64,000 bases of DNA from Bacteroidia bacterium. GTDB taxonomy: Bacteria > Bacteroidota > Bacteroidia > NS11-12g > UBA955. Of this stretch, positions 27,433 through 36,953 are shown piece by piece (the first letter of the stretch is position 1; each line of letters starts with the position of its first letter). A model generated the notes under the pieces. The model was not told the DNA's origin, did not search any database, and saw nothing but the letters and a program-made list of their open reading frames with translations. The stretch covers positions 8,999 to 72,998 of the forward strand of contig JBIPPH010000003.1 of assembly GCA_044368575.1 (NCBI GenBank). Reading direction: 5' to 3'. A program made the translations under genes and the position numbers.

Positions 27433-29985
27433 TTACTTTGAGTCTAAAGCAGACTTTATCGACGAAAGTATAAAATTTCGATGCTCTTTGCTGTTTTTCG
27501 TCGACGAAGGTAAAGCTGCTGTCAATGATTTTTGAATTGACAATAATTGAGCATGTGCTTTAGATTTTGAAATGGCGTCATAAACACCTGATTGATACAT
27601 GAATACCAAAAATTCAACATACTCTGCTTGTAGGTTTTGTCGATAAGTATTTACATCAGAATTAAGGTCAGCATCAAAAATGGCTGAGGTTAAGTCTCTA
27701 AAGACATCTGATAATTCATATTGATTGCCATACAATTTACTATCAGTGATTCTTTGTAAAGTATTAGGATGTAAAATATGGGTTAATACGCTAGTTTGAA
27801 TATTCAAAACACGCTTGTGAAGTTTTGGATCTTCACCAGAGCTAAAGAAATCAAAACCTCTTCTTTGCATTTGTAAATAGTTGGCCAAATCTTTTGGAAC
27901 TTCCATGGCATTGGGGGCAAATACTTGCTCAGTCAATAGTTTCATAGCTGCTTTTTGAGTTGCTAACGGCACAGCAGTTAATGGTTGTTGATTGGTAGTT
28001 TGATTGCTAAAACTGCGGTCTACATAAACCCCGCCGATATACCTTGAAACCACTCCAGCTTGAACTCCCCATTCAGCACTTAGAACTAAATAATTGCTTC
28101 TCAACTCATGGTAACTTCTGTCTGAATGTCCATAGTTACTCATTAATTGGCTTTGTAATTGTTTGATTAACTCAATGCGTTCTTTGGCAAAACTCACTGC
28201 GTCATTACTCATGTCACCAATCATCACTCTTGGATCTATGCCTTTTCCAGGTGCGCGCATGTCGTCTGCATCATTGCCAAAACACAAGGCAGGATCAGTG
28301 CTTCTGTTTAGAATTTGTTTTCTGGTCTTAAGATCATCTGTCGAGTCCTTAGCTTCGTAGTACCCAAATTCAATCGCCCACATGTCATATGGTCCAGGTC
28401 TGTCAGTGTAGTATTGGCATTTTTGTCCTTTGCGGTTGCTGAAATTTACTGCAGGGTAATCCATCACACTGCCAGTTAATCCAATTGCTTTGGTTTTATT
28501 GATGTCGTATAAGTCGTTTACACTGTGCAATTGGGTAGCCTTCATGTTGTGGTTGAGTCCTAAGGTGTGTCCTACTTCATGTAATACTAAATAGTATAAG
28601 GCTTCTTTTAAAAACTGATCAACTTCTGCTTCGCTTGCTTGTTGAGCGGTTAATGCTTGAAGACCCAATAAATTTTGCATGTGTAGTTGATCACCAGCAG
28701 TACAAGCATATCCTAAATCTTGATGTTCTTTGGATGCTTCAATTAGCATATCAAGACCTGCCTGATCAAATACTTTTTGAGACTTTAAGCGGTTGGTTAT
28801 AAATACCCATTCAAACATGATGTCAGCACCTAAAATCTCTCCTGTTCTAGGATTGACGAAACTAGGGCCATAGCCACCAAATGGAGGCTCTGGGCTACTG
28901 GTCCATCTTAACACATTGTAACGAATATCTCCAGCATCCCAAGTGGCATCATCTGGTTGTTCTTTTATTTCTATAGCATTTGAGAATCCGGCCTTTTCAA
29001 AAGCAATGTTCCACTGTAAAATGGCCGCTTTAATCGTTGGTCTTAAATCTTTTGGAGTGGTGTTTTCTATCCACCATGTAATTGGTTTAACGGGGTCAGA
29101 TACCGCTGCGTTGGGGTCTTTTTTAGTCAAGTCCCATTTGTGAATCAAATCGCGATAGTTCAATGCATCTGTGGTGGTCATGTCGTTCACTTGTGTTAAG
29201 AAATAACCTACTCTTGGATCGTCTAAGCGCGGCTTAAAATTGTTTTTAGGCATCTCGATGAAACTGTGTTGCAAGAGAATTTCCATGTAACGACCATCCG
29301 TAATAGCATCGCTGCTACTGCCTCTTGATGATGGATCATCATATACGTATTTGACAACTACATCCGTGTTTTCAGGATAGTTTTTAACTTGATGGTATTT
29401 GGTTTTACTTCTGCTTAGTTGACCAAGATTAAACATGCCTGGGAAAAAACTACTTTGTTTGATTTGGTATAAAGCTTCAGACAAAAAGAGGTTGTCTGCC
29501 TCAATTAAATATTCCCCTTTAACTTCATCAGCAACAACTATTTTTTCACTAGCCATTACAGCGTTGGTGATGTTGGCATCTTTTGCTTTAGCGATTGCAT
29601 TTTGAGGATCAAAGTAGAAGTTTGAATTTTGAGTTGTGAATTCAATTTGATTGAAATACCTATTGATGGTAAAGACTTTATTGTCTCTGAAGGTGCCTTT
29701 ATTGTGGCCTGTGGTGGTGTTGCCGTTTTCAACATAACTAAAATAAATAAACTCTTTGCTGAATTGACTGCGTTTAACCAACATCATCACAGACCCGTTT
29801 GTGGTATCTCTGTATAATGTGAACAAGCCTTCGATTTTTTTACATTTTTTAACTTTGTCAGCAATGCTTGCAACAGGAATGGTTGGTTTTACAGGCTCTG
29901 CTGCCTTTTTCTTTTTCGCCTCTGCAAGATTAACCTGCATGCAAAGCAGCAAGCAAAGTGCGGTGATTGGTTTTTGAAAGTTCAT
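27433..29985 (-). CDS. Secreted metzincin zinc metalloprotease (DUF5117 / DUF4953 EcxA-like)
   Basis: Signal peptide, PRLDDPRVGYF, WNIAFEKAGF, NPRTGEILGAD, HEVGHTLGLNHN, Met-turn GSVMDY. Confidence 0.88.
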   Translation of the reverse strand: MNFQKPITALCLLLCMQVNLAEAKKKKAAEPVKPTIPVASIADKVKKCKKIEGLFTLYRDTTNGSVMMLVKRSQFSKEFIYFSYVENGNTTTGHNKGTFRDNKVFTINRYFNQIEFTTQNSNFYFDPQNAIAKAKDANITNAVMASEKIVVADEVKGEYLIEADNLFLSEALYQIKQSSFFPGMFNLGQLSRSKTKYHQVKNYPENTDVVVKYVYDDPSSRGSSSDAITDGRYMEILLQHSFIEMPKNNFKPRLDDPRVGYFLTQVNDMTTTDALNYRDLIHKWDLTKKDPNAAVSDPVKPITWWIENTTPKDLRPTIKAAILQWNIAFEKAGFSNAIEIKEQPDDATWDAGDIRYNVLRWTSSPEPPFGGYGPSFVNPRTGEILGADIMFEWVFITNRLKSQKVFDQAGLDMLIEASKEHQDLGYACTAGDQLHMQNLLGLQALTAQQASEAEVDQFLKEALYYLVLHEVGHTLGLNHNMKATQLHSVNDLYDINKTKAIGLTGSVMDYPAVNFSNRKGQKCQYYTDRPGPYDMWAIEFGYYEAKDSTDDLKTRKQILNRSTDPALCFGNDADDMRAPGKGIDPRVMIGDMSNDAVSFAKERIELIKQLQSQLMSNYGHSDRSYHELRSNYLVLSAEWGVQAGVVSRYIGGVYVDRSFSNQTTNQQPLTAVPLATQKAAMKLLTEQVFAPNAMEVPKDLANYLQMQRRGFDFFSSGEDPKLHKRVLNIQTSVLTHILHPNTLQRITDSKLYGNQYELSDVFRDLTSAIFDADLNSDVNTYRQNLQAEYVEFLVFMYQSGVYDAISKSKAHAQLLSIQKSLTAALPSSTKNSKEHRNFILSSIKSALDSK

Positions 29986-30066
29986 ATGCGATTCAAATAA
30001 AATAAAGGGCCAAATTAACCAATTTTATTCGAAAAGAAAATTCATGAAATCCTTTAATTTTGTTGT

Positions 30067-30555
30067 GTGAAACTTAAAACCAATTTAATCTTGTCTTTGT
30101 CATTAGCCATTATTGTGACAGTAGTTGTGATGGCCAAAAACCGCAAAGCCGAAACCTTCAAACTGCCTACTTTGTTGAATTTAGACAGCAGTAAAGCAGC
30201 TCAGAATCTAGGTAAAAATAAAATACTTATTGTGTCTTATTTTCAAACTTGGTGTGGCGATTGTGTTAAAGAGCAGCCTCAATTACAACAACTAAAGCAA
30301 CGTTATAATGATACCCTAGAAATCTTAATGGTATCTGATGAACCTTTATCCAAAATTGCGGCCTTTAAAGCCAGATTTCAATCAGGTTTGAATTTTTATC
30401 ATTCCACTCAAAAGTTAAAAGCAGATTTAGGCGTAAGCGCATATCCAACCACTTATTTGTTGGATAAAAAAGGAAAAATACTATTGAAAAAAGTGGAGGG
30501 CATTCAATGGTATACGCCCGAGGTGTTGACTTTGATTAATCAAGCCATTAAATAA
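30067..30555 (+). CDS. TlpA-family thioredoxin-like protein
   Basis: N-terminal anchor, TWCGDC, cis-Pro loop AYPTTYLLD; GTG start 4 nt after TAATTTTG. Confidence 0.85.
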   Translation: MKLKTNLILSLSLAIIVTVVVMAKNRKAETFKLPTLLNLDSSKAAQNLGKNKILIVSYFQTWCGDCVKEQPQLQQLKQRYNDTLEILMVSDEPLSKIAAFKARFQSGLNFYHSTQKLKADLGVSAYPTTYLLDKKGKILLKKVEGIQWYTPEVLTLINQAIK

Positions 30556-31468
30556 GGGATTGAAAGCCGTTAATAAACTCTGTGGCGTTCATTTTTTTCT
30601 TGCCTTCAACTTGTAATTCTAAAATTTCAAGACAATAGTCAGCACAGTGCACTAGTAATTGGTGTTTATTGGCCATCTCAAATTGACCGGGGTTAGAACT
30701 CGGGAGGCTGGTCAATTGGCTTTTGTGTATTTTAATGTTTTTGTCTTTGTGAAGGCAATAAGCGCCTGGATAAGGAGATAAACCCCTTATCAAATTATGG
30801 ACTTTAATGGCAGGTAGGGCCCAATGAATAAGACAGTTATCATTGTTGAGTTTGGGTGCATGAGGGAATTCTCCAGCTTTCTGTGGCTTAAATTCGTATT
30901 GATCTTGCTCAATGCAATCAATTGATTCGGCTACTATTGCTGCTCCAGCTTGCATCATTTTGTCGTGTAAGCTACCAGCGTTGTCTTCTAATAAAATGGG
31001 CATATTGACTTGGCGGATAATATTGCCTGTATCAATTTCATGTTGAAGGATAAAGGTAGTTAAGCCTGTTTCGGTTTCGCCGTTAATAATGGCCCAATTG
31101 ATTGGCGCAGCTCCTCTGTAGGCTGGCAATAAACTCGCATGCAAATTCATACTACCCAGTCTGGGCATGTTCCATACTTTTTCAGGTAACATTCTAAAAG
31201 CAATCACAATTTGCAAATCAGCATTGAATGATTTTAAGGCAGATAGGAAATCTTCTGATTTCAGTTTCTCAGGTTGCAAAACTGGGAGGTTGTATTTTTC
31301 TGCAATTTGTTTGACAGCAGATGTATGTGCTTTTAATCCTCTTCCGGCAGCTTTATCCGGCGCGGTAACAACGGCCACAATTGGCTTTTTTTGTAGGATA
31401 AGTGCTTCTAAAATGGTGGCGGCAAACAAGGGCGTGCCAAAAAATATGATGCGTTCAATTTGCTGCAT
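30548..31468 (-). CDS. fmt: Methionyl-tRNA formyltransferase
   Basis: FFGTPLFA, VVTAPDK, NLHASLLPAYRGAAPINW, IDTG, IRGLSPYPGA. Confidence 0.96.
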   Translation of the reverse strand: MQQIERIIFFGTPLFAATILEALILQKKPIVAVVTAPDKAAGRGLKAHTSAVKQIAEKYNLPVLQPEKLKSEDFLSALKSFNADLQIVIAFRMLPEKVWNMPRLGSMNLHASLLPAYRGAAPINWAIINGETETGLTTFILQHEIDTGNIIRQVNMPILLEDNAGSLHDKMMQAGAAIVAESIDCIEQDQYEFKPQKAGEFPHAPKLNNDNCLIHWALPAIKVHNLIRGLSPYPGAYCLHKDKNIKIHKSQLTSLPSSNPGQFEMANKHQLLVHCADYCLEILELQVEGKKKMNATEFINGFQSLI

Positions 31469-31565
31469 TGCTAATGCAAAATAAATCAATTAAGCGCGCA
31501 ATTCAATGCCACCTATGAATTGGGTTGTAAAAAACAAGCGCAATTCAATTATATTTGTTAAGCAT

Positions 31566-34500
31566 TTGAAAGCCATTAAAACCATAGGATTATTTCTTTT
31601 AGTGAATTGTTCTTTAACAATTGCTCAGGCTCAATTGCGATTTACTGAAAACAAAGGGCAATGGTCCAATCCTGCAGCTTTTAAAGCGGATCTCAAGGGT
31701 GCGACATTATTTGTTCAATCTAATCAATTAAGCTATTTGTTTTACGATGCTCAACAGTTAAATGCGTATCAACATGATGCGGCTAATTTAAAGTCAATAA
31801 AAGCGCATGCAATAAGTATTGAATTTTTGGGTGGCAATCCTAAGGCCATTTGCGAGGGGGTTAATGCTTTTTCAGATTACAGTAATTATTTTAAAGGGAA
31901 TGAGCCATCAAAATGGCGCCATCATGTAAAGAGTTTTCATGGGGTCTACATCAAAGAATTGTATCCGCACATTGACTATGAGCTTTTAGAATATCAAGGT
32001 CAGATTAAATATAATTTTATTTTACATCCTGGTGCTAACCCAAGCCTCATACAACTCAAATACAAAGGGGCCAATAAACTTCAATTAAACAATGGGCAAT
32101 TAGAGGTCTTCTATCGCTTTGGTCAATTGACTGAACAAGCCCCAGTAGTATATGAAACCAATAAAGACAACAAACAATACCTAGAGGTTGACTATGTGCT
32201 ATCTGATTCCATTTTGAGTTTTAAATGGCCAAATCAAGAGCTCATTAAGCACCAAACTATTTTAGATCCTGTTTTAGTATTTTCTAGCTACAGTGGTTCT
32301 GGAGCGGATAATTTTGGCTACACGGCAACATTTGATTCATTAGGAAATGCCTATGCAGGAGGTACTGTTTTTGATTTTGGTTTTCCATTAACATTGGGTG
32401 CTTTTCAAATGAGTTTTGCAGGTGGAGCAGTTGAATTAGGGAGTATCGGTTATGTTGATAGAGATTGTGGAATTTTGAAATTCAGTAAGGACGGAAAATC
32501 CTTGTTGTTTTCAACTTATATAGGTGGAATATTTAATAATGAGCAGCCACACAGCATGGTGGTGAATAATCAAGGGCAACTCATGATAATGGGCACGACG
32601 AAGTCTGCTGATTTTCCTATTGGAACGGCGCCAGCTTTTGATGATACCCACAACGGCTTATCTGATATTTTTGTGGTCAAATTGTCATCAGGAGGGGATC
32701 AATTATTGGCAGGTACATTTGTTGGCGGTAGCAGTTTTGACGGGCTTAATGGCGATAGACCAAGTAGTACAACAAGCCCATTATTGTACAACTATGCAGA
32801 TGATTTTAGAGGTGAAATTATAGTCGGACCCAATGATGCTGTGTATGTTGCTAGTACCACCAATTCCATTGATTTTCCTACAAGTGCAGCATTTGATAAT
32901 GCCTACAATGGTAAACAAGATGGCTGTGTTTTTGGACTAAGTTCAGATCTAAATAATCTTTTGTTTGCTTCTTACATAGGGTCAATTGGAGATGATGCAG
33001 CCTATGGCATTGATTTAGGTAGTCATGGGGATGTTTATGTTACCGGGGGGAGTAATAGCAGTAGTTTTTCTTATTCTGTTCCAGGTTTGAAACAAACTAA
33101 TAATGGTGGTAGAGCAGATGGTTACTTACTTCGAATTGACTTAAATAATTTAGCTTTATTGTCTTATACTTTTATTGGTACATCAGCCTATGATCAATGT
33201 TATTTTGTCAAAACCGATAAGTATGGTAAGCCATTTGTTTATGGTCAAACAGAGGGTATTATGACCTCTAGTGCATCTGTATATGCCAATAAAGATGCTA
33301 AAATGTTTATTAAAAAACTGGGGTTAAACCTAAATGTCATTGAACTTGAAACCACTTTTGGTGCTTTGAATAAAAGTAAACCAGATTTATCTCCAACGGC
33401 TTTTTTAGTTGATGAATGTGAACGGATTTTTATTTCAGGATGGGGTGCTATTAATTTCACTACTGGTTTTACTGGCGGAGGAACTAATAATATGCCTTTT
33501 TCAACCGATGCCTATCAAAAAACAACAGACGGCTATGACTTTTATTTAGGTGTTTTTAGTAAAAATCTGGAAAACCTTCAGTATGGAACCTATTTTGGTG
33601 GTAAAACCAGTGGAAGCAATACTGCTCACGAACATGTTGATGGCGGTACTTCACGCTTCGACAAACGAGGCATAATCTACCAATCGGTTTGTGCAGGTTG
33701 TGGCGGTAATAGTTTATTCCCAACAACTCCAGGTGTTTGGAGTCCTCAAAACAATTCATCTAACTGTAACAATGCGGTCTTTAAGTTTGATTTTGAAAAC
33801 TTAAATAGAAAGCCAAGCGTTAAAGATTCCTTATACACAGTGCTAGCAACGGATACTTTAAGTTATGATGTGATAGCCTCTGACCCAGATAAAAGTGATA
33901 GTCTTAGAATTGTTTTAGAAGGTGGGGTGTTTGACAACCCAAATTTTCCTTTGCCTTTGCCCAAAGTGACTAAAATAGATCGCTTGCCGGGGCAAAATGT
34001 CATTAAAGCACATATTGTTTGGAACCCCAATTGCGCTCATATTGGTTTAGATACAGTGTTTTTTAATGTCAAGGTCTATGATCAAGGCTGTCCTTCTCAA
34101 GACAGTAATACAGCTAAAATTAAAATGTTGGTCAAGGCCCCGCCATTGTCTTTAACCCCAGAAACCGCTTGTTTGTTGTTTTCTGATGATGGCTCTGTCA
34201 AATTATCTTGGAAAGCCTTTACAACCGATAAGTATTTTAAGTATGTGCTCTTGTGTAGAAAAAATCCCAGCGGAAGTGTTAAAATTCTAGATACAATATT
34301 TTCTAACGGGGCTTCTAGTTTTAAAGATAAACCGCCGTTTGATCCTAAAGTGTTAAATTACCAATACTACATGGTCGCCTATAATATTTGCGGTCAGGCC
34401 TATGATCCTGGCGACAGAATCAATACATTGGTGGAATTCAATACGCCAATTGATTCAACCTATTTGCATTATGCTACAGTGGTCAACAACAAGTCGGTGT

Positions 34501-35291
34501 CTATTCACTGGTTGAAAAGTCAAGAGCCTGATTTTGCATCTTATGATATTTACAGGGCTGATAACATTGCCGGTCAATCTGTAGGATACAGAAAAATCAA
34601 GACAATTTATCAATTGAATGATACAAGTTATGTAGACGATGCGGTTGAAGTTTCTGACAAAAGTTATTGTTATAGAATTGGGATTAATGATCAGTGCAGT
34701 CATGTCAGCAAACCAAGTAATGATGCCTGTAATATTGTTTTGACAGGCCAAACTGGAAAATTGTTTTTTGACCTTGATTGGACACCTTACAGAAATTGGA
34801 TAGGAGGGGTTAAACATTACGAACTCGAGAGAATGGTTGATACAGGCCAATTTAGGAGGCTTGCTAATACCCAAATGTTAAGAACCTATAATGACATAGA
34901 TTTAGATTTATGGTGGGGTGCCTACTATTATGTGGTGAAGGCTTTTGAAGGACTAAACGCCAATGGGGAAGGCAAAAACGCCATAAGTAGATCGAATGAA
35001 ATCAGATTGATTCAACCACCATTGGTTTTTGTTCCCAATGCATTTACGCCCAACGATGACTACAGCAACGATGTTTGGGGTGTTTCTCATGCTTTTGTTA
35101 AAACATTTGAAATGAGGGTATTCAACCGTTGGGGTGAAAAAGTGTGGGACAGCCATGATAAAGCCGTTCAATGGGATGGGCAAACCAGAGGCTTGTCCGC
35201 TATGAATGATGTTTTTGTTTGGGTGGTTACTTACAAGGGATGGGACAATAAATTTTACACCCAAAAAGGGACAGTGACAGTTATGCCTTAA
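31566..35291 (+). CDS. Large T9SS substrate: SBBP-type beta-propeller region, Ig/FN3-like repeats and a type-B CTD
   Basis: FTENKGQW, ILDPVLVFSSYSG, repeated GxTxSxDFP/STYIGG, HVDGGTSRFD; C-terminal FVPNAFTPN..ND, VFNRWGE, WDG, KGTVTV. TTG 31566 preferred because it follows TATATTTG (31550-31557). Confidence 0.88.
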   Translation: MKAIKTIGLFLLVNCSLTIAQAQLRFTENKGQWSNPAAFKADLKGATLFVQSNQLSYLFYDAQQLNAYQHDAANLKSIKAHAISIEFLGGNPKAICEGVNAFSDYSNYFKGNEPSKWRHHVKSFHGVYIKELYPHIDYELLEYQGQIKYNFILHPGANPSLIQLKYKGANKLQLNNGQLEVFYRFGQLTEQAPVVYETNKDNKQYLEVDYVLSDSILSFKWPNQELIKHQTILDPVLVFSSYSGSGADNFGYTATFDSLGNAYAGGTVFDFGFPLTLGAFQMSFAGGAVELGSIGYVDRDCGILKFSKDGKSLLFSTYIGGIFNNEQPHSMVVNNQGQLMIMGTTKSADFPIGTAPAFDDTHNGLSDIFVVKLSSGGDQLLAGTFVGGSSFDGLNGDRPSSTTSPLLYNYADDFRGEIIVGPNDAVYVASTTNSIDFPTSAAFDNAYNGKQDGCVFGLSSDLNNLLFASYIGSIGDDAAYGIDLGSHGDVYVTGGSNSSSFSYSVPGLKQTNNGGRADGYLLRIDLNNLALLSYTFIGTSAYDQCYFVKTDKYGKPFVYGQTEGIMTSSASVYANKDAKMFIKKLGLNLNVIELETTFGALNKSKPDLSPTAFLVDECERIFISGWGAINFTTGFTGGGTNNMPFSTDAYQKTTDGYDFYLGVFSKNLENLQYGTYFGGKTSGSNTAHEHVDGGTSRFDKRGIIYQSVCAGCGGNSLFPTTPGVWSPQNNSSNCNNAVFKFDFENLNRKPSVKDSLYTVLATDTLSYDVIASDPDKSDSLRIVLEGGVFDNPNFPLPLPKVTKIDRLPGQNVIKAHIVWNPNCAHIGLDTVFFNVKVYDQGCPSQDSNTAKIKMLVKAPPLSLTPETACLLFSDDGSVKLSWKAFTTDKYFKYVLLCRKNPSGSVKILDTIFSNGASSFKDKPPFDPKVLNYQYYMVAYNICGQAYDPGDRINTLVEFNTPIDSTYLHYATVVNNKSVSIHWLKSQEPDFASYDIYRADNIAGQSVGYRKIKTIYQLNDTSYVDDAVEVSDKSYCYRIGINDQCSHVSKPSNDACNIVLTGQTGKLFFDLDWTPYRNWIGGVKHYELERMVDTGQFRRLANTQMLRTYNDIDLDLWWGAYYYVVKAFEGLNANGEGKNAISRSNEIRLIQPPLVFVPNAFTPNDDYSNDVWGVSHAFVKTFEMRVFNRWGEKVWDSHDKAVQWDGQTRGLSAMNDVFVWVVTYKGWDNKFYTQKGTVTVMP

Positions 35292-35480
35292 TAGGCGATT
35301 AATTTTTAATTAAGCTTTTCATTAAAATTTTTTCAATTGATTTTTTAATTGTCTTTTTAGAGGCAATATCTGTCGTTTTTAAAAAAATACAATTTGACAA
35401 TCTATCGACATTCTTCTTAAACTTAGACCAGTTAATCTCACTTGTAAATTACTGAAAAACAAGTTGTTATAATTTTATAG

Positions 35481-35493
35481 TAGAATAATTCTA
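35481..35493. promoter_or_regulatory. Perfect palindrome TAGAAT-A-ATTCTA upstream of the act operon promoter
   Basis: Direct reading; about 50 nt upstream of TATATTTG (35543-35550); AT-rich n-1-n symmetry like Fur-family boxes. Confidence 0.45.
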
Positions 35494-35588
35494 AATTGAA
35501 ATAATTGTGTATAAATACTTTTTAAAGTGAGACATTCCTAGATATATTTGCGGACTAATTAGTATTGTCACATTTCAGTCAAAATCAC

Positions 35589-36923
35589 ATGGTTAAAAAC
35601 CTAAGCCAAAAGACCCTGAAAGTAAAATCAATTGTGTTCACAATTGTTTGTTTACTCAATCTATCCATTTTCTCTAGCAATGCCTTTGCTCAAGAACCTG
35701 CAAAACTGTCTGCTCAAGCAACAGAAGGTGAGAAATTATTTAAAGCCAATTGTACTTCATGTCACGCAATGGACATTAAGCAAACAGGTCCTGCTTTGAA
35801 TGGTGTTCACACCAGACGTTCTGAAGAGTGGTTGCTAAAATGGATTCGCAACAACGAAAAATTTAGAGCAAGCGGTGATAAAGACGCTATTGCCATCTTC
35901 AATGAGTACAACAAAGTGGCAATGAATTCATTTGAGAATCTTTCTGATGATCAAATCAAATCTATCATTTCTTACTTCAAAGAATGGACTCCGCCAGCTA
36001 AAGCGAAAGTTGAAACTGGATCAGGTGAAGGTAAAGTGAGTTTCTACAGCGAAACTACTTTCTATATCTTAATGTTCTTAATCGTATTGTTGTTTGTTGT
36101 TTGGTTGGTTTTAAGAAAAACCAAAAACACCCTTAAAGCCTCTGTTCAAGAGATGGAAGGTGAAACTGTTGACCATGCGGCAGAGCACAAACCAACTCCA
36201 GAATGGAAAAAACGCATCAACCCAACCATTTTAAAAATGGTAATTGGTACTGTTATATTATTGTGTTTAGCGGTTTACGGTTTTAACTTTGGTGTAACTG
36301 AAGTAGCTGTTCAACAAGGTTATGCGCCAACACAGCCAATCAAATATTCTCACAAATTACACGCTGGTGATCTTCAAATTGATTGCAAATACTGTCACTC
36401 AACTGCAGAAAAGTCAAAACAAGCTTCTGTTCCTAGTGTGAACACTTGTATGAACTGTCACCAAGTGGTTCAATTGAGAGACCGTTACGATGGTGAAATC
36501 TCTCCAGAAATTAAAAAGATCTATGCAGCAATGGATTACAATGCTGACGATAAAACATATGGTCCTAATCCTAAGCCTATTCGTTGGATCAGAATTCACA
36601 ACCTACCTGACCACGCATTCTTCAATCACAGTATGCACGTAAAAGGTGCTGGTGTAACTTGCCAAACTTGTCACGGTCCAATTCAAACTATGGAAGTGGT
36701 TGAGCAATACGCTACCTTGCAAATGGGATGGTGTATCAACTGTCACAGAGAAAGAAAGATTGATGTAGAAAACAACCCATACTACGAAAAATTACACGCT
36801 AAAATCAAAGCGGAAAAAGATAACAAAAACTCAAGTTATGCTAAGTACTTTACTAAAGATGGTAAGGTAGATATTTCTCCTGCAGAATACGGCGCTCTTG
36901 AATGTTCAAAATGTCACTATTAA
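35589..36923 (+). CDS. actA: Alternative complex III subunit ActA (monoheme domain + TM helices + pentaheme domain)
   Basis: Six CxxCH motifs: CTSCH, CKYCH, CMNCH, CQTCH, CINCH, CSKCH; QPIKYSHKLH, LPDHAFFNH, MGWC. Confidence 0.93.
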   Translation: MVKNLSQKTLKVKSIVFTIVCLLNLSIFSSNAFAQEPAKLSAQATEGEKLFKANCTSCHAMDIKQTGPALNGVHTRRSEEWLLKWIRNNEKFRASGDKDAIAIFNEYNKVAMNSFENLSDDQIKSIISYFKEWTPPAKAKVETGSGEGKVSFYSETTFYILMFLIVLLFVVWLVLRKTKNTLKASVQEMEGETVDHAAEHKPTPEWKKRINPTILKMVIGTVILLCLAVYGFNFGVTEVAVQQGYAPTQPIKYSHKLHAGDLQIDCKYCHSTAEKSKQASVPSVNTCMNCHQVVQLRDRYDGEISPEIKKIYAAMDYNADDKTYGPNPKPIRWIRIHNLPDHAFFNHSMHVKGAGVTCQTCHGPIQTMEVVEQYATLQMGWCINCHRERKIDVENNPYYEKLHAKIKAEKDNKNSSYAKYFTKDGKVDISPAEYGALECSKCHY

Positions 36924-36953
36924 TCTCAAATTTTAAAGGCTAATCATTATACA

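Noticed and set aside
35393-35410. FNR/CRP-like site TTGAC...ATCGA upstream of the act operon
   Set aside because: Half-site spacing and sequence do not fit TTGAT-N4-ATCAA.
35506-35514. Perfect DnaA box (TTATACACA, minus strand)
   Set aside because: A single isolated match in AT-rich DNA is expected by chance.
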